DNA of 64,000 nucleotides. It comes from Moniliella sp. 'wahieum' (Eukaryota). Positions within the stretch are counted from its first letter, which is position 1. The number at the start of each line of letters is the position of its first letter. Below are positions 49,894 to 61,199 of the stretch, in pieces. The notes under the pieces were generated by a model. The model was not told the origin of the DNA and searched no databases. It saw only the letters and a program-made list of their open reading frames with translations. The stretch lies in the NCBI GenBank assembly GCA_003971905.1, contig RSEE01000032.1, positions 558,001 to 622,000 on the forward strand. The letters are read 5' to 3'. Made by a program: the position numbers and the translations under genes.

Positions 49894-51404
49894 ATGTCGA
49901 CCGCCGTCGCCTCCTCCGCCTCCTCGAGCGCAGCACCATCCTCATCCACCTCCGTCCTACGGCCTGTCCGGCCCGTCACGGACGACGAGCTGGATGCAGA
50001 CGATGGTCAACTGGACGATGCGCTGGCCACGTTCGACTACAAGGCGTATGTTCTCCCCCCCCCCTGTTCCCTCGCGCGCCCTGCCGTCGCCTAACCCTTT
50101 TCCCTTCCCAGGCTTGACCGATCCGTCGACGGACGTGATGGCGATGCTGGCCTACTACCGCTTCCTTCTTCCGTGGCGCTCGCTCTTACCTGGCTCAACC
50201 ACGACATGCCGCAGCGCCCCAGCAAGCTGTTTACGCATCGCGAGTTTGCGTTTACGCTGCAAAACGATGCGTATCTGCGCTACATTTCCGTAGCCAATGC
50301 TGCGGAGCTGCAGAAGGAGGTGGTGCGTCTGAACCCATCCCGGTTCGAGATTGGGCCCGTGTACAGTGCGCAGCCCAAGGACCGCAAACGGCATCCCAAA
50401 GCGCTCTTCCGGCCCGTGGCGCGCGAACTGGTGTTTGACATTGACATGACCGACTATGACGAAATCCGCACCTGCTGCTCAGGCAAGGACATGTGCCGTC
50501 GCTGCTGGGGCTTTATCCGGGTGGCATGCAAGGTGCTGGACGAGGCGCTGCGGACCGACTTTGGGTACAAGCATTTGCTCTGGGTCTACTCGGGCCGTCG
50601 TGGTATCCATTGTTGGGTCTCGGACCGGGCTGCGATGGAGCTGAATGACGACCAACGCCGTGCGCTTGTTGGCTACCTCTCTGTCCTCCAGGGTTCGGGC
50701 CACTTTACGAAAAAGGTCCAGCTGGGCGCCGAGGTACGCAACCGGGCGCTGCACCCGGCGCTGCGGCGCGCGTTGGGCGCGCGCGGCAAAACAGGCCAGG
50801 TGGGCGTGCTGTCACAAGCGTTTAGCGAGCTGATTCTGCAGGACCAAGACTGTTTCCGCTCGGAAAAGGGCTGGCGTACCTTACTCCAGCTCTTGCCCAG
50901 CCGGGAGCGGGACGAGAAAGGGTGGGGGGCCAAGTTGGCGGCCAAGTGGGAACGTACGCCGTCGTCGAGCATGGCCAAGTGGCTGGACGTGATGGATGTA
51001 GTGGCGAAAGAGGAGAGTTGGGCGGCGTACTGCGAAGACATTATTCTGCAGTACACCTACCCGCGTATCGATACCGAAGTGACCAAGCACATGAACCATT
51101 TGCTCAAGAGCCCCTTTGTCGTTCACCCGGCCACGGGACGCGTCTGTGTCCCGCTCGACGTGGCTACGATCGACGAGTTTGACCCGGACAGTTGCCCGAC
51201 CGTGGCGCAGAGCTGCGCGAACAGGACCAGTACATCCGCCGTGCCCAGCGCGACCCTACGCGCATCGCCGACCCCAACGTGCATGCGTGGGACCACACCT
51301 CACTCAAACCTTATGTCGATCTCTTTGACCGCCACTGCCAGGCCATCGTACGCGAAACCGACTCGGTCCGCCGCGCCCAGATGGCCCAGTCGATCGAATT
51401 TTGA
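49894..51404 (+). CDS. PRI1: DNA primase small (catalytic) subunit; frameshifted
   Basis: MLAYYRFLLPW, FTHREFAFTLQNDAYLRY, NPSRFEIGPVY, RELVFDIDMTDYD, LWVYSGRRGIHCWV, YTYPRIDTEVTKHMNHLLKSPFVVHPATGRVCVP. Intron 50046-50111. Confidence 0.97.
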
Positions 51405-51757
51405 TCCTGCCGTCCACTGACTCTTTCTTTCGTCTCTCCCACTCCTTCCCTTTCGCCCTTGCCATTCCAACGTTCCCATCCCCATCTCCATCCCCATCCC
51501 CATCCCCATCCCAATCCCAATCCTAATCCTAATCTTACCGCTACCGCTTCCCATAAACGCGTACGAGGAGCACAGTTGGCCTTCTCGTCCTATTTCATAG
51601 CCCCTGCTCTGCGCTACCTTGGTCCCCTCCTGGCTGGCCAGGCCCATCACAGATGATGGAAAAGATGCGTTGATTCATGCAAGACACTGCAGTGGCCGTC
51701 GCATTGAGCTCGGACCGAGCGCGATCCAAAGCGGCGGGCGCACAGCGCAGGTAAACG

Positions 51758-54700
51758 TTAAAACGTTTGCCACCGCCCGAGTCGTGGGTGGCCTCGATCT
51801 TGGCGCGACCAAGTTGGGCAGGGCGTGGAGGAGCCACTGTCTGCGCAGTTCATCGTAGCGTGCGCGGTGGAGGTGCTGGGGCCGGCCTTTGCACAGGCCA
51901 ATGTCCACCTCGCCATGCGAGTCGAGGTAGGGCGAAAAAGTAAATGTGCCATGTTGCTCGCCGAGGACCAAAATTACATTCGTCTTGAGCTTGAAAAATA
52001 CGCCCATTACCACACTCGGAACGGTGCACGTTGCACTCCCCGCGCCCGTCGTCCGACTGGCAACAAAACGACTGGTAACATACCACCGCCCCACACAGTA
52101 GACATACATAAAGCCGGGTCTGCGGCACGTCCCCGCACCGCCCACACCGCCGCACCTGCGTCTCTTGCAGCAGACGCGCCAGGTCCGAAGGTAACTCCAC
52201 CAGCTCGTACACGCCCGGGTGCTCGAGGAGCAGCAGTGGGCGCGAGGGCACAGCGCCACTGCCACTGCCACTGCCACTGCCACCGGGCGCGTGGATGGGC
52301 AAGGGCTGCAAGAGCGAGACAAAGGGCAGGTACGCATGCTTGATCCAGCCATCCATGATGCCCACCAAACTCGTCTGCCGGCCCGATCGGGCGGGCAAGG
52401 CCGAGCTGGGCAACTCAATGCCCAGGTGCTGCATCAGACGGAGATACTCCGAGTCCGGTCCCGGGTTGGGTGGAGACGCGCCGGTGCTAGAGCTGGAGCT
52501 GGAGCTGGCCGACGGTGCGCGCACAGGCCCCGGTCCAAATACGGCCGAGCGCAACAGCGCCGCACGACGTAAAAACGGAAGCGTATGTGTGCAGAGCAAC
52601 TTGGCCAGCGTATCGTCCTCCACCCGGTCCAGACCGAGGGAAATGTTGCCGCGTTCGTAGCCGACGAGACCGATGATGTTGGCCACGGTCCAGCGCACGT
52701 CGGGAAACACGTGGCGTGCGGTTTCCAGGTCGATTGGGTCGATCGGGGCCTGGCGGCCACGACGGAAGAGAGAGCGGTAGGCGGCCGGCAAGGATGAGGT
52801 CGAGGCCGAGGCCGAGGACGAAGACGAAGAAGATGAGGGCGAGGGCGAGGGGGGCCAGAGACTGGGTTGGGCCAGAGCAAATACCAGCTGGACCAGGGCG
52901 GCATAGAACAGGAGCGAGATGACGTGGTCCAGCTCGGCCGGCATCACGACCGCAGCCTCAACGAGGAGGCTCATGGGATCCCGCAGGATGAGCGGCGAGC
53001 GCACTGCCTCGTCCATCGTCCAATGCGGAAGAATGCGTTTGAGCAGCCCTTGTCGCATCGCCTCCGTCCCCCCTTCGACCGACAGGTGCATCCGCAGCCG
53101 TAACGTGTGCAGCAACCCGCGGACAAGGTGCGAGGTAGCCTCGTTCAACGTTTCTACTACCGTCGTCGTCGTCGCCCGGCCCCGCGCGGCCACCTCCAAC
53201 ATGGACAGCGTGTAGCCCACCACGTCCTGCGGCAGGTAGATGGTGCGACTGGGAAGAGCAAGAATGGTGCGCTGCTGCAACTGACCCATCCAGTCTTTCA
53301 TTTCTGCGGCCTGGACCTGGATGACCTTCTGGAATCGCTCCACGCGCCATCCATCGCTTCTTCCCACAGCCCCACTTGGCCACCGACGCCAGCGTCGGCA
53401 CCTCCCTCGTCTCGGAAGCATACCAGCAAGTGAACGTGCCGGACCCACTTGGTTCCTGCACCTTGTCTGCGCCCGTCCACCGCAGCACATCAATGTTCAC
53501 CTTCCGAATCCATTCTGGGAGCGAGCGAGCGTCGGGGGTGCAGTCGGGGGCTGAAAGCGACGCACTTCGGTGCGAGTCGGGCAAGGGGAGAAGGTGTTGC
53601 CCAAACGCTTTGCACAGCGGGCACACCACCTCCAGCCGCTCCGTATTCTCAGCAAGTCGTCGACCGAGAGCGGTGGTACGGCCTTGGGCATAAGAGGCAA
53701 AGCACGCGCAGTGCATCATGTGCCCGCACGTCGTCGTGTACAGCCCAGGACGAGTGAACGCAGGCGGGAAGGCGCCGCGGGGCGGAAGGTCGGGGTGGTC
53801 CCAGGTCGAAAAGTTGGACGGCGCGCCGCGCACACGAGGAATGCCCTTCTCTCCCGCCGGGCCCTCACCGCGGTCGAGCGTGAGTGGGGTGGCGAGGCTC
53901 TGGGCCAGCCCCTCGAGATCAGTGCTGGGCAGAAGGCGCATGGTACGGCTCTGCTGGACATGGACCAACATGCCAAACGGCTCAGCGGGCGTCAGCCCCT
54001 CTTGGCATAAGATGCACGACCCGTATTTCAGAGCCACCTCCTGGTCCGTGGTCAACCGCTTCTCCCCGCCGCCTCGGTCGGAGCTACATCTTCAGTCGGT
54101 GTCTCCGACGGCCCAGGTTCTTCCTCGTCCAACGTCCGCAACAGATCTTTTTGCTGCTGAAAACTTCTTCATGATGGCTTCTTGGCGTGCCCGGGCGGCG
54201 GCCCGCCGCGCCTCAAGTCGTTTCGCCACCTTATCCTCCTCGCTAGGGGGGGCACGGAGCGTCTTGCCCTCCAAATGGAAAATGTGGGTGAGACGGTCGA
54301 GCCCATTGTGCTGGTGTGCGATTTGGACTGCTGGTCCAATACAAAGTTCACCTTGCCTCGCACGCCCACCGCCCCCTCGCTCTTCTCCATTCGACAGAGC
54401 AGCTGGAGTAAACTGAGCCCACGAGAAGCAGGCTCCATCAACTTGTCCACAAACTCCGACCCGCGCATCGCCATGCCCGCCGAAATAAGCTGAAGGAACG
54501 AATCCAGCAGAGAATCCGGCACCTCTTGCATATTGTCAACGACCCACCAAACCCTCGAGCATCAAATGGAAACTGCTCGAGACGAAAATGGCGTGGAAAG
54601 CGGGTTGGTCAAACAGAGTGCCGGCTACAATTGACGGCGCGCGGGCGGCCCAGACCGAGACCGGATTGGCACCTTCGTCCAGCTTGCCGTCATGGGAATG

Positions 54701-57700
54701 CGCGGCAGAAAATCGGGCAAGAAGAATATCTTCTACCTTTTCGCGTTGGTTGCGTGTATAGTGACGGCAGTAAGGATGGACCTCGCTGTAGCACGCTTCT
54801 TCAGTGCATAGTGGCCCTGCCCCGTCGGACCATCGGGGGGATGGAAGGTGCTAACGTCGGCGAGCACACGTTCAAAGCACGCCGCCTCCCCAAACTCCCG
54901 CGAAACTTGATCCTTGAGACCGGTAAAGGTGGTGGGGCCAAAGGCGAGGAAATGTACCATTTCGTACCGCACCACATCCTCAATGGCCCAGCCACCACAG
55001 AGGGATGCATCCATAAGAAGGTGCACAAGTAACAGCAGTGCCTCATCCAGCATCGCTACCTTTTCTCCGCTCTTTTCCCCGTCGAACAGAAGGGGCAGCA
55101 CGCCAAACCGGTCGAGCACAGTGACAAACCAGAGGTCGGGCGAGGGCATGAGGAAGCCGACCTGCAACAGATACACGTCATGGTCCCAAAGGATGTCCCG
55201 CATCTGGCTCCCACGGTAATGATGAGCTGCGAGCGAAGCGCAAACCCATTCCGCACCCACATCCCCGATCGCACCTGGGCCAGTTTGACCGCGACTCGGA
55301 GTGGGATTTCAAGGCAAGCCAAGGCATAGGATCTCCGCCCTCGTGAGCGGGGATGAGGCTTTGTCGCAAGGTGGAAAGAGAGAGGGTGTGGGTATGGCGT
55401 AGCAGCTCAGCAAGGACCCAGTGCAGAGGATAGTGGAACGAGACCGGGGAGGCCACGTCAAACGCAACCACATGGAACTTTTCTCGTCCCAAGAGGACCG
55501 AGTGCCATTGCCACGGACATACGGCCTCACCGTCTGTGCCCACCCACTCGTCCGAGCCGTCGGGCAAGCACCTCTGGATCACACTCTGAATTGCGCCCTG
55601 GAGTTGGTCGGACGAGGCAAATCGGAACGCCTCTCCAATTAGCTTGGCCGTGCGACCGAGATGAGAAGAGTTGTGGAAAGTGCGATCCAATTGTCCGACT
55701 CGTACTCGATATGTTGCCATGTCTGGCGCCTGTCCGGCGCGACCCTTCAAAGTAGGCAATAAAGGAGAGAAGAACGCTGAGGTGGTGCGGATTTTCGGTA
55801 AGAAGACGTTGCACTCCCTCAGCACTTAGGATGTAACACAAATCGTAAAACAGGTGGTAGCAACGTTCCGACGGGAAGAGCGAAGTTACATCACCTGTTT
55901 GGGTGGCAGGGTCAAGTTGGTCTGGTTCGGCTTGAGTACCAGAAACGCTCGGAGAGAAGATCAACAATTTTAGCCAGGAAGTCTTGCTCCGGACCAGATA
56001 GGTGGCCACCGAGGGGACAAAACACCTGCACCGTCATCCCCGAGATTGATTGGTCCTCCTCTCTATCGCGAAGGACAAACGTCTCCATCATACTCGGATA
56101 CATAGCAGCAAAGCGGAGCGCTACCCATCCAGTCAGTCAACAGATCCAAAAGAGTGGGGAAAGAGAACATACCGATCTGCCTTTTTGTATCCTTGTACCC
56201 CATGCAGTGCAACAGTAGGTCTTTGAGTTCGATCCTAGCCTGCTTGGGCAACTTGTTCTCCAAAAGAAGGAGACCATCAAGTTTGACCAAGTCAGTTGGA
56301 TCAAAGTAGGCCTTGGACATGCGCGGGTGGGAAATGGAGTAAAGGTGCTGCCACGGTTGCATCAGCTGGTTGGTTACCAGTGTTCTCAGCACCATGGGCG
56401 GAGGGATCAAGCCCGGGAGAAAGAGTGCTGCGCTGCACAGGTCCTTCAAATGCCGCCAAAGCAGGAAGGCAACATCTTCGCCAAACACGTCATATGCTGG
56501 TCGGATCGACACACCCAGCTCGATGCGGGCAAATTTATACGCGGCAAGCAGCAATTCCGGGACGGAAGTGGAAGTAGCCAACGCATCTCGCCCATACCGA
56601 TCGACCCGCTCCGCCACACCCTTTGCCTCGCTCGTAGTCCGCCCCATGGCCTGGGAAACAATGCGAATAACGGTGGGAAAGTCGTGGTTTTCGTCATTCC
56701 ACAACAGAAGAGTGAAGAAACGGGTTTTCTCCTCACCCCAGTGAACGGAGGCGGCAGCAGCAGCTTCCTCATTCAAGCCGCCTTGCGCCGCCCGAGGTCG
56801 GGGGAGGCGGCCGAGGGATGGATGCAAAAGCATCAGGGCCTCGTACGGGTCGGTGCGCAGCGTCGGAGCTCCCGCCTCAGGATCGGCATCCCCTCCCACT
56901 CCAGCTCAGCCGCCCACCCAGGGTCGCCGGCCCAATCAGGGTCGGCACCGGGATCGCTTCCCTCCCAGTCCATCTCACTTTCTCCTGGAGAGAGATCGAG
57001 AGAGTCGCGGACATTGTACCAGAATTCAGACACACTGGGTGGGGGCGACGAGGCGGCGGGGGGTCGGGGGGGTGTCATGGGGGGGGTGTCGGCGGGGGTG
57101 TCATGGGGGGGGCGGGGGCGGGGGTGTTATGGGCGGGGGCGGGGGCGGGCAGGATGGGCGCAAAACGACCATTCGTATTGCAGGGGGGGATGGTGAGCGA
57201 CAGGGCAGGGTTGGGGTCAAAGGGGTCCAGGCTGGGCATGTGGGACAAGACCCGGGTGGCGCGGGTGTGAGGCAGCGCAAGGCTGGGCGGGGCGTGTTCG
57301 AGGGTGTCGAGGATGAGGTCGAGCATGGCAGCGACATGGGTCTGGAACACGGCAAGCACGGGCGCAGGCATTCCGCAGAGCAGATCGGAAAGGTCGCGCT
57401 CCTTGGCATCCGGCGGGTCGGCGTGTTGTGGGGAGGGGGAGTGGTAGGAGCATTGGACGGGGTGTTTCCACGCCTCGGCGTCGCCGCAGTCGCAGCAGCC
57501 ACCATTGCCTTGGGAGAGGGCAAAGACAATGTCATGTCCGGCGTGGTTGCTGACGGAAAAGCAGGGGGCACACTGTACACACGTGTCGTCGTGGCCACAG
57601 TCACGGCAGCGGTAGAAGGCTTCGCCGCGACGGAAAATGTGGCCGCAGGGGTGCCCTTGCGGTCGGGGCTGTACTCGGCGCCGAGCGGAACAGAGCCGGC

Positions 57701-58075
57701 GGGTGCGGCAGCAGCCGCTACGGCTTTCTGTGCCGCCTCCAAACTCCAACCATGGGCGGCCAGCAGATCCAGGCAGTCCGCGGCCGTGGCCGGCGCGGAG
57801 GGGCTGGGGGGGAAGAGGTACTGGGCAGGGTTGCCGAGCGGCTCGAGGGCGCGAATGAGGTGGGTCCAGAGCGCCTCGCCCAGCACTTCAGGGGACGGGG
57901 GGCGAAGTCGGATGCAGAGCGACAGGGCGGCGGTGGTGGCGATGAAGAAGAAGGAGAAGGAGACGCCCGAAGGCGAGGACGCGGCGGGGACCGGATTGGC
58001 GAGCGGATGGTCAGGCAGGTAGGTGTGGAGAAAGGCGGGCAGGCTGGGCCAGCGCAAGTGGCCGTCGGGCTGCAT
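51758..58075 (-). CDS. UBR1: N-end rule E3 ubiquitin ligase Ubr1 (UBR box, ClpS, RING); heavily frameshifted
   Basis: UBR box CGHIFRRGEAFYRCRDCGHDDTCVQCAPCF..GGCCDCGDAEAWK; ClpS LLLWNDENHD; VSFHYPLHW; QVRSGMWVRNG; RING CILCQE..TTCGHMMHCACF..CPLCK; SPYLDSHGEVDIGL; ends GWQTF*. Intron 56121-56172. Confidence 0.95.
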
Positions 58076-58339
58076 GCGCACCCGCTGGGCTGCGAGCGGT
58101 GCCCAGGCCTGTGCGCGGCCCGTCTGGCGCCGCCGGCAACGAGCACTCGCTGGCTCGACGCCATTGGTGGTGGTGGTGGTGGTGGTGGCGGTGGCGGCGG
58201 CGCAGCCCTCCGACACACCGCCGCCCGTCCGATAGCAACACCCTCGGACACACATCATCGATTATCGCAGAACCCTTACCTAATGCGCCTATCACACCAT
58301 CTCCATCACCACCACCACCATCCCCCACTTCGGCCCCCC

Positions 58340-59186
58340 ATGGCCACGCCCGTGCTCGCCGCCGCTGCCAGCCCCGCGCCCGCCCACACGGTCGATGCCG
58401 CACTGCTCTCACTCCTACTCGCCGAGCTACCTCAAGTCCTGCGCCAATCCACTCGCCGCGTCCGACCGCGTCGCACACACACGGACCAGCTCCGCGAAGC
58501 CGGCTTGCACGACACCCTTGACCATCCGCCCAACATAGAGGTGCAGACGCTCGCTCGCCTGGACAAACTTGGCGTCCATGTCGGCGCCAACACAGCGGAG
58601 CGGTACGTTTCCCTCTCTTTTCTCCCACTCTCTCTCCGCTTACTCACTCCTTCCCGGCAGCCTCTGCGTTCTTCGCCCGCCATTTGGCAGCGTAATCGAG
58701 GTCCTCAAGTTTGTCTGCAAAGACTTATGGATCCACCTCTGGGAAGGACAAGTTGACAATTTGCGTACCAACCATCGTGTACGTCTGGTCTTCCCCGCTC
58801 CCACTGCCCTATGCTGCCCCCAGCCCTCCATCTAACCCATGTCCTGTCCAGGGTGTATACGCACTCCAAGTGAACCACTTTCCCCCCTCCGTTTTCTCGG
58901 AGTATCCTCGGGTAGTGCATTTGCTCGTCTCGCGCGGCCTCATCTGGCCTGGGCCGCAGGGGTGGTCCGTGGTGCGCTAGGCCGACTCGGGGTGCCAGCG
59001 ACCGTAACCGTGGACGTGCTGCCTCTGTCGCCACCAGGGGAAGACATTGCCCCACTGGGTCAAAACAAGTTCCTTCCACCAGTTCTGTTCAACGTCAAGA
59101 CCTTCCCATCCCATGCTCCCCCCGCGCCTATTGTGGCCCTCACCCCATCCATCACCTCCACACGACCTTCCGCCTTATCCTCCTAG
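58340..59186 (+). CDS. TRS33: TRAPP complex subunit Trs33 (TRAPPC6); frameshifted
   Basis: LLSLLLAEL, ARLDKLGVHVGANTAER, IEVLKFVCKDLW..QVDNLRTNHR/GVYALQ, AGVVRGALGRLG. Introns 58603-58660 and 58779-58851. Confidence 0.92.
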
Positions 59187-59525
59187 TTGGCCTATACGCC
59201 CGTTGTATTGGGCAAGCCCTCCCACTCCACTGGCTTCGACTTCGTGTGGGGGGTTAGCCGATGCACCACGATGCTGAGCTCTCAACCTGAAACCGGTGCC
59301 CCCCAATCTGCTTCTGTTTCCAAGGAGTAGATCTCCGGCCGACAAGGGCTGGACCAAGAGAGGACCTGGTTCCGAGCCCGTAAAGAGCGCGTGTTCCTTC
59401 CCTATATCAGTTCACCACCCATGCTCGGCCTGATGAGAAGGAGAGCTCTTGGTCCCCTTCAGTCGCCAATAACTTATGAACCCAAAATCACCCAATACCT
59501 GATCACTCCCTACCAAGCAGGACGT

Positions 59526-59600
59526 CCAGCTTATCCAGCTTACCCAGCTATCCAGCTTACCCAGCTTAACCAGCTTAAACCCCCCCCCCCCCCCCCCCCA
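59526..59600. repeat. Imperfect (CCAGCTTAN)6 array followed by a poly-C run
   Basis: ccagcttatccagcttacccagctatccagcttacccagcttaaccagcttaaac followed by a C tract of about 20 nt. Confidence 0.85.
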
Positions 59601-60416
59601 CCATGCCCTGCCATTAAAAATGGGGAATGAGAGTGATGAGTGGGTCAGTGCCTGCACTGTATTAGCCTGCCTCAGCTTGGTACCAGCGAAGGGGGTCTTT
59701 GGTAGTGGGAGAAAAGGACACTGTAAAAGGATTAATACCCCACCCTCTCTGCTCCAATGTGACACCTTGAGCGCTATGTTCAGCCCAGGCAACAGTTCAA
59801 TTCTCCACGTTACGCACTGCAAAGTTAAACCCGGCTGGCGAGCCTCGGCGTAACCCTTACGTTCGGTACAGGTCCCTTCGGCCCTTTGCAGATGTGAGTG
59901 TCACGGGCTTAGGGGCCCAGCTGGTATCTCGCCCCTTCTGTTTCCTTGTTTAGCAGGCAGGTCCGGAGTCTCCTAGCCTGTTGGTTATTGGCGGCGTTGA
60001 TGTCCCCTATAGGTGTCGTTTTGACTGCATTAGACAATCACCACAGGCGCCACATGAGCGACTATCGAGGACAAGCATCAGGATTCCAGCTCTCACATGA
60101 CAGCGCTGGCCGATCAGACCAGCAGCACAATGACCTTTCTCGATATAAGTACACACGTATAACCGCCATCGCAAGTAACAAGGTGTGGACTGGTAGAGAA
60201 TCATGTGAGCTGTTCATGCAGAAACGAAAAGGTATAAGTACGACATGTTTCGATTGGCTGTGTGGATCAGCTACTCTATATATCAACTTCTGTACGGCGA
60301 TCCTGTCGAATATGACTACTAAAACATAGATGAGGGTTGATTGTGACTATGGAAGACCTTTATGAAGGGAAGTCAAACTGATGCGTAGCCTCAGATGTAT
60401 CCTACAAGTAACGTCC

Positions 60417-61199
60417 CTATACAACTCCTGGCTCTCTCCATTTTCTTCCAAACCGGAGATGTAAAGTACGTGGGTTACGAGGGAGCGTGGTAGGCATATG
60501 TCTGAGCGATTGACTCATCGTTGAGCCATTGTTGGCCGTATTCTGATGGCATAGTTCCCACGCATCGTCATGACCCAGGGAGGAGAGGAAGAAATGGCTC
60601 TGGAGTACGTTCTCTGTGGTACTTGTGTTGTTCATGTTGCATTCCGCTTGACCAACGATCGAAGCAGTTCCTTTTCCTGACATCTCAAAAGTATCTGCTT
60701 CCTCTCGGGTATCGCCTTTCGGTACGGCGCAATCATGGCCGCCCTTGTACCGCAAGTACCTCAGGATTGTGGACCTCTTCCATTCCTGATCCTCCACAAA
60801 CGCTCTGGTCCAATCATGGGTAGTCAGGATTGGCCGGGCAATCATCCCATTCCGTGTTTCGTCCTCTTTCCACAGTCGGCTGGGTGAGCATGGAGTGTCC
60901 GGGATGGAGCTCATCATGAGCGTCAGGATATGGCTCCTGCACCACTTCATGTAAGGCGCCAACTTGCACTGGAGGGGGGCGCAAGCCATGATGCACATGA
61001 GTGTTGATGCACATGATGTGTGTTTAAGCGAAATGAAATCAGACCATACGCACTTAGCACTTCCTGCACGAGGAACGACGGATGGTCCGGAGGTGGGACC
61101 CAATATGAACCAGCCTTTTGCCGATGAACTCGAGGTGCTTGACTGCTGGGGCATCGAGCAAAACCAAGTGGAAGTAACCGCATTGATGTGCTCAACCAT
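60417..61199 (-). CDS. Orphan 260-aa ORF of unknown nature in a gene-poor tract
   Basis: ATG-initiated stop-free frame of 260 codons in roughly 50% GC sequence; no recognised motif. Confidence 0.3.
   Translation of the reverse strand: MVEHINAVTSTWFCSMPQQSSTSSSSAKGWFILGPTSGPSVVPRAGSAKCVWSDFISLKHTSCASTLMCIMACAPLQCKLAPYMKWCRSHILTLMMSSIPDTPCSPSRLWKEDETRNGMIARPILTTHDWTRAFVEDQEWKRSTILRYLRYKGGHDCAVPKGDTREEADTFEMSGKGTASIVGQAECNMNNTSTTENVLQSHFFLSSLGHDDAWELCHQNTANNGSTMSQSLRHMPTTLPRNPRTLHLRFGRKWREPGVV

Noticed and set aside
1..59186. Mass pseudogenisation or programmed frameshifting
   Set aside because: Breaks hit essential single-copy genes at scattered positions while the protein motifs stay conserved; sequencing indels are far simpler.
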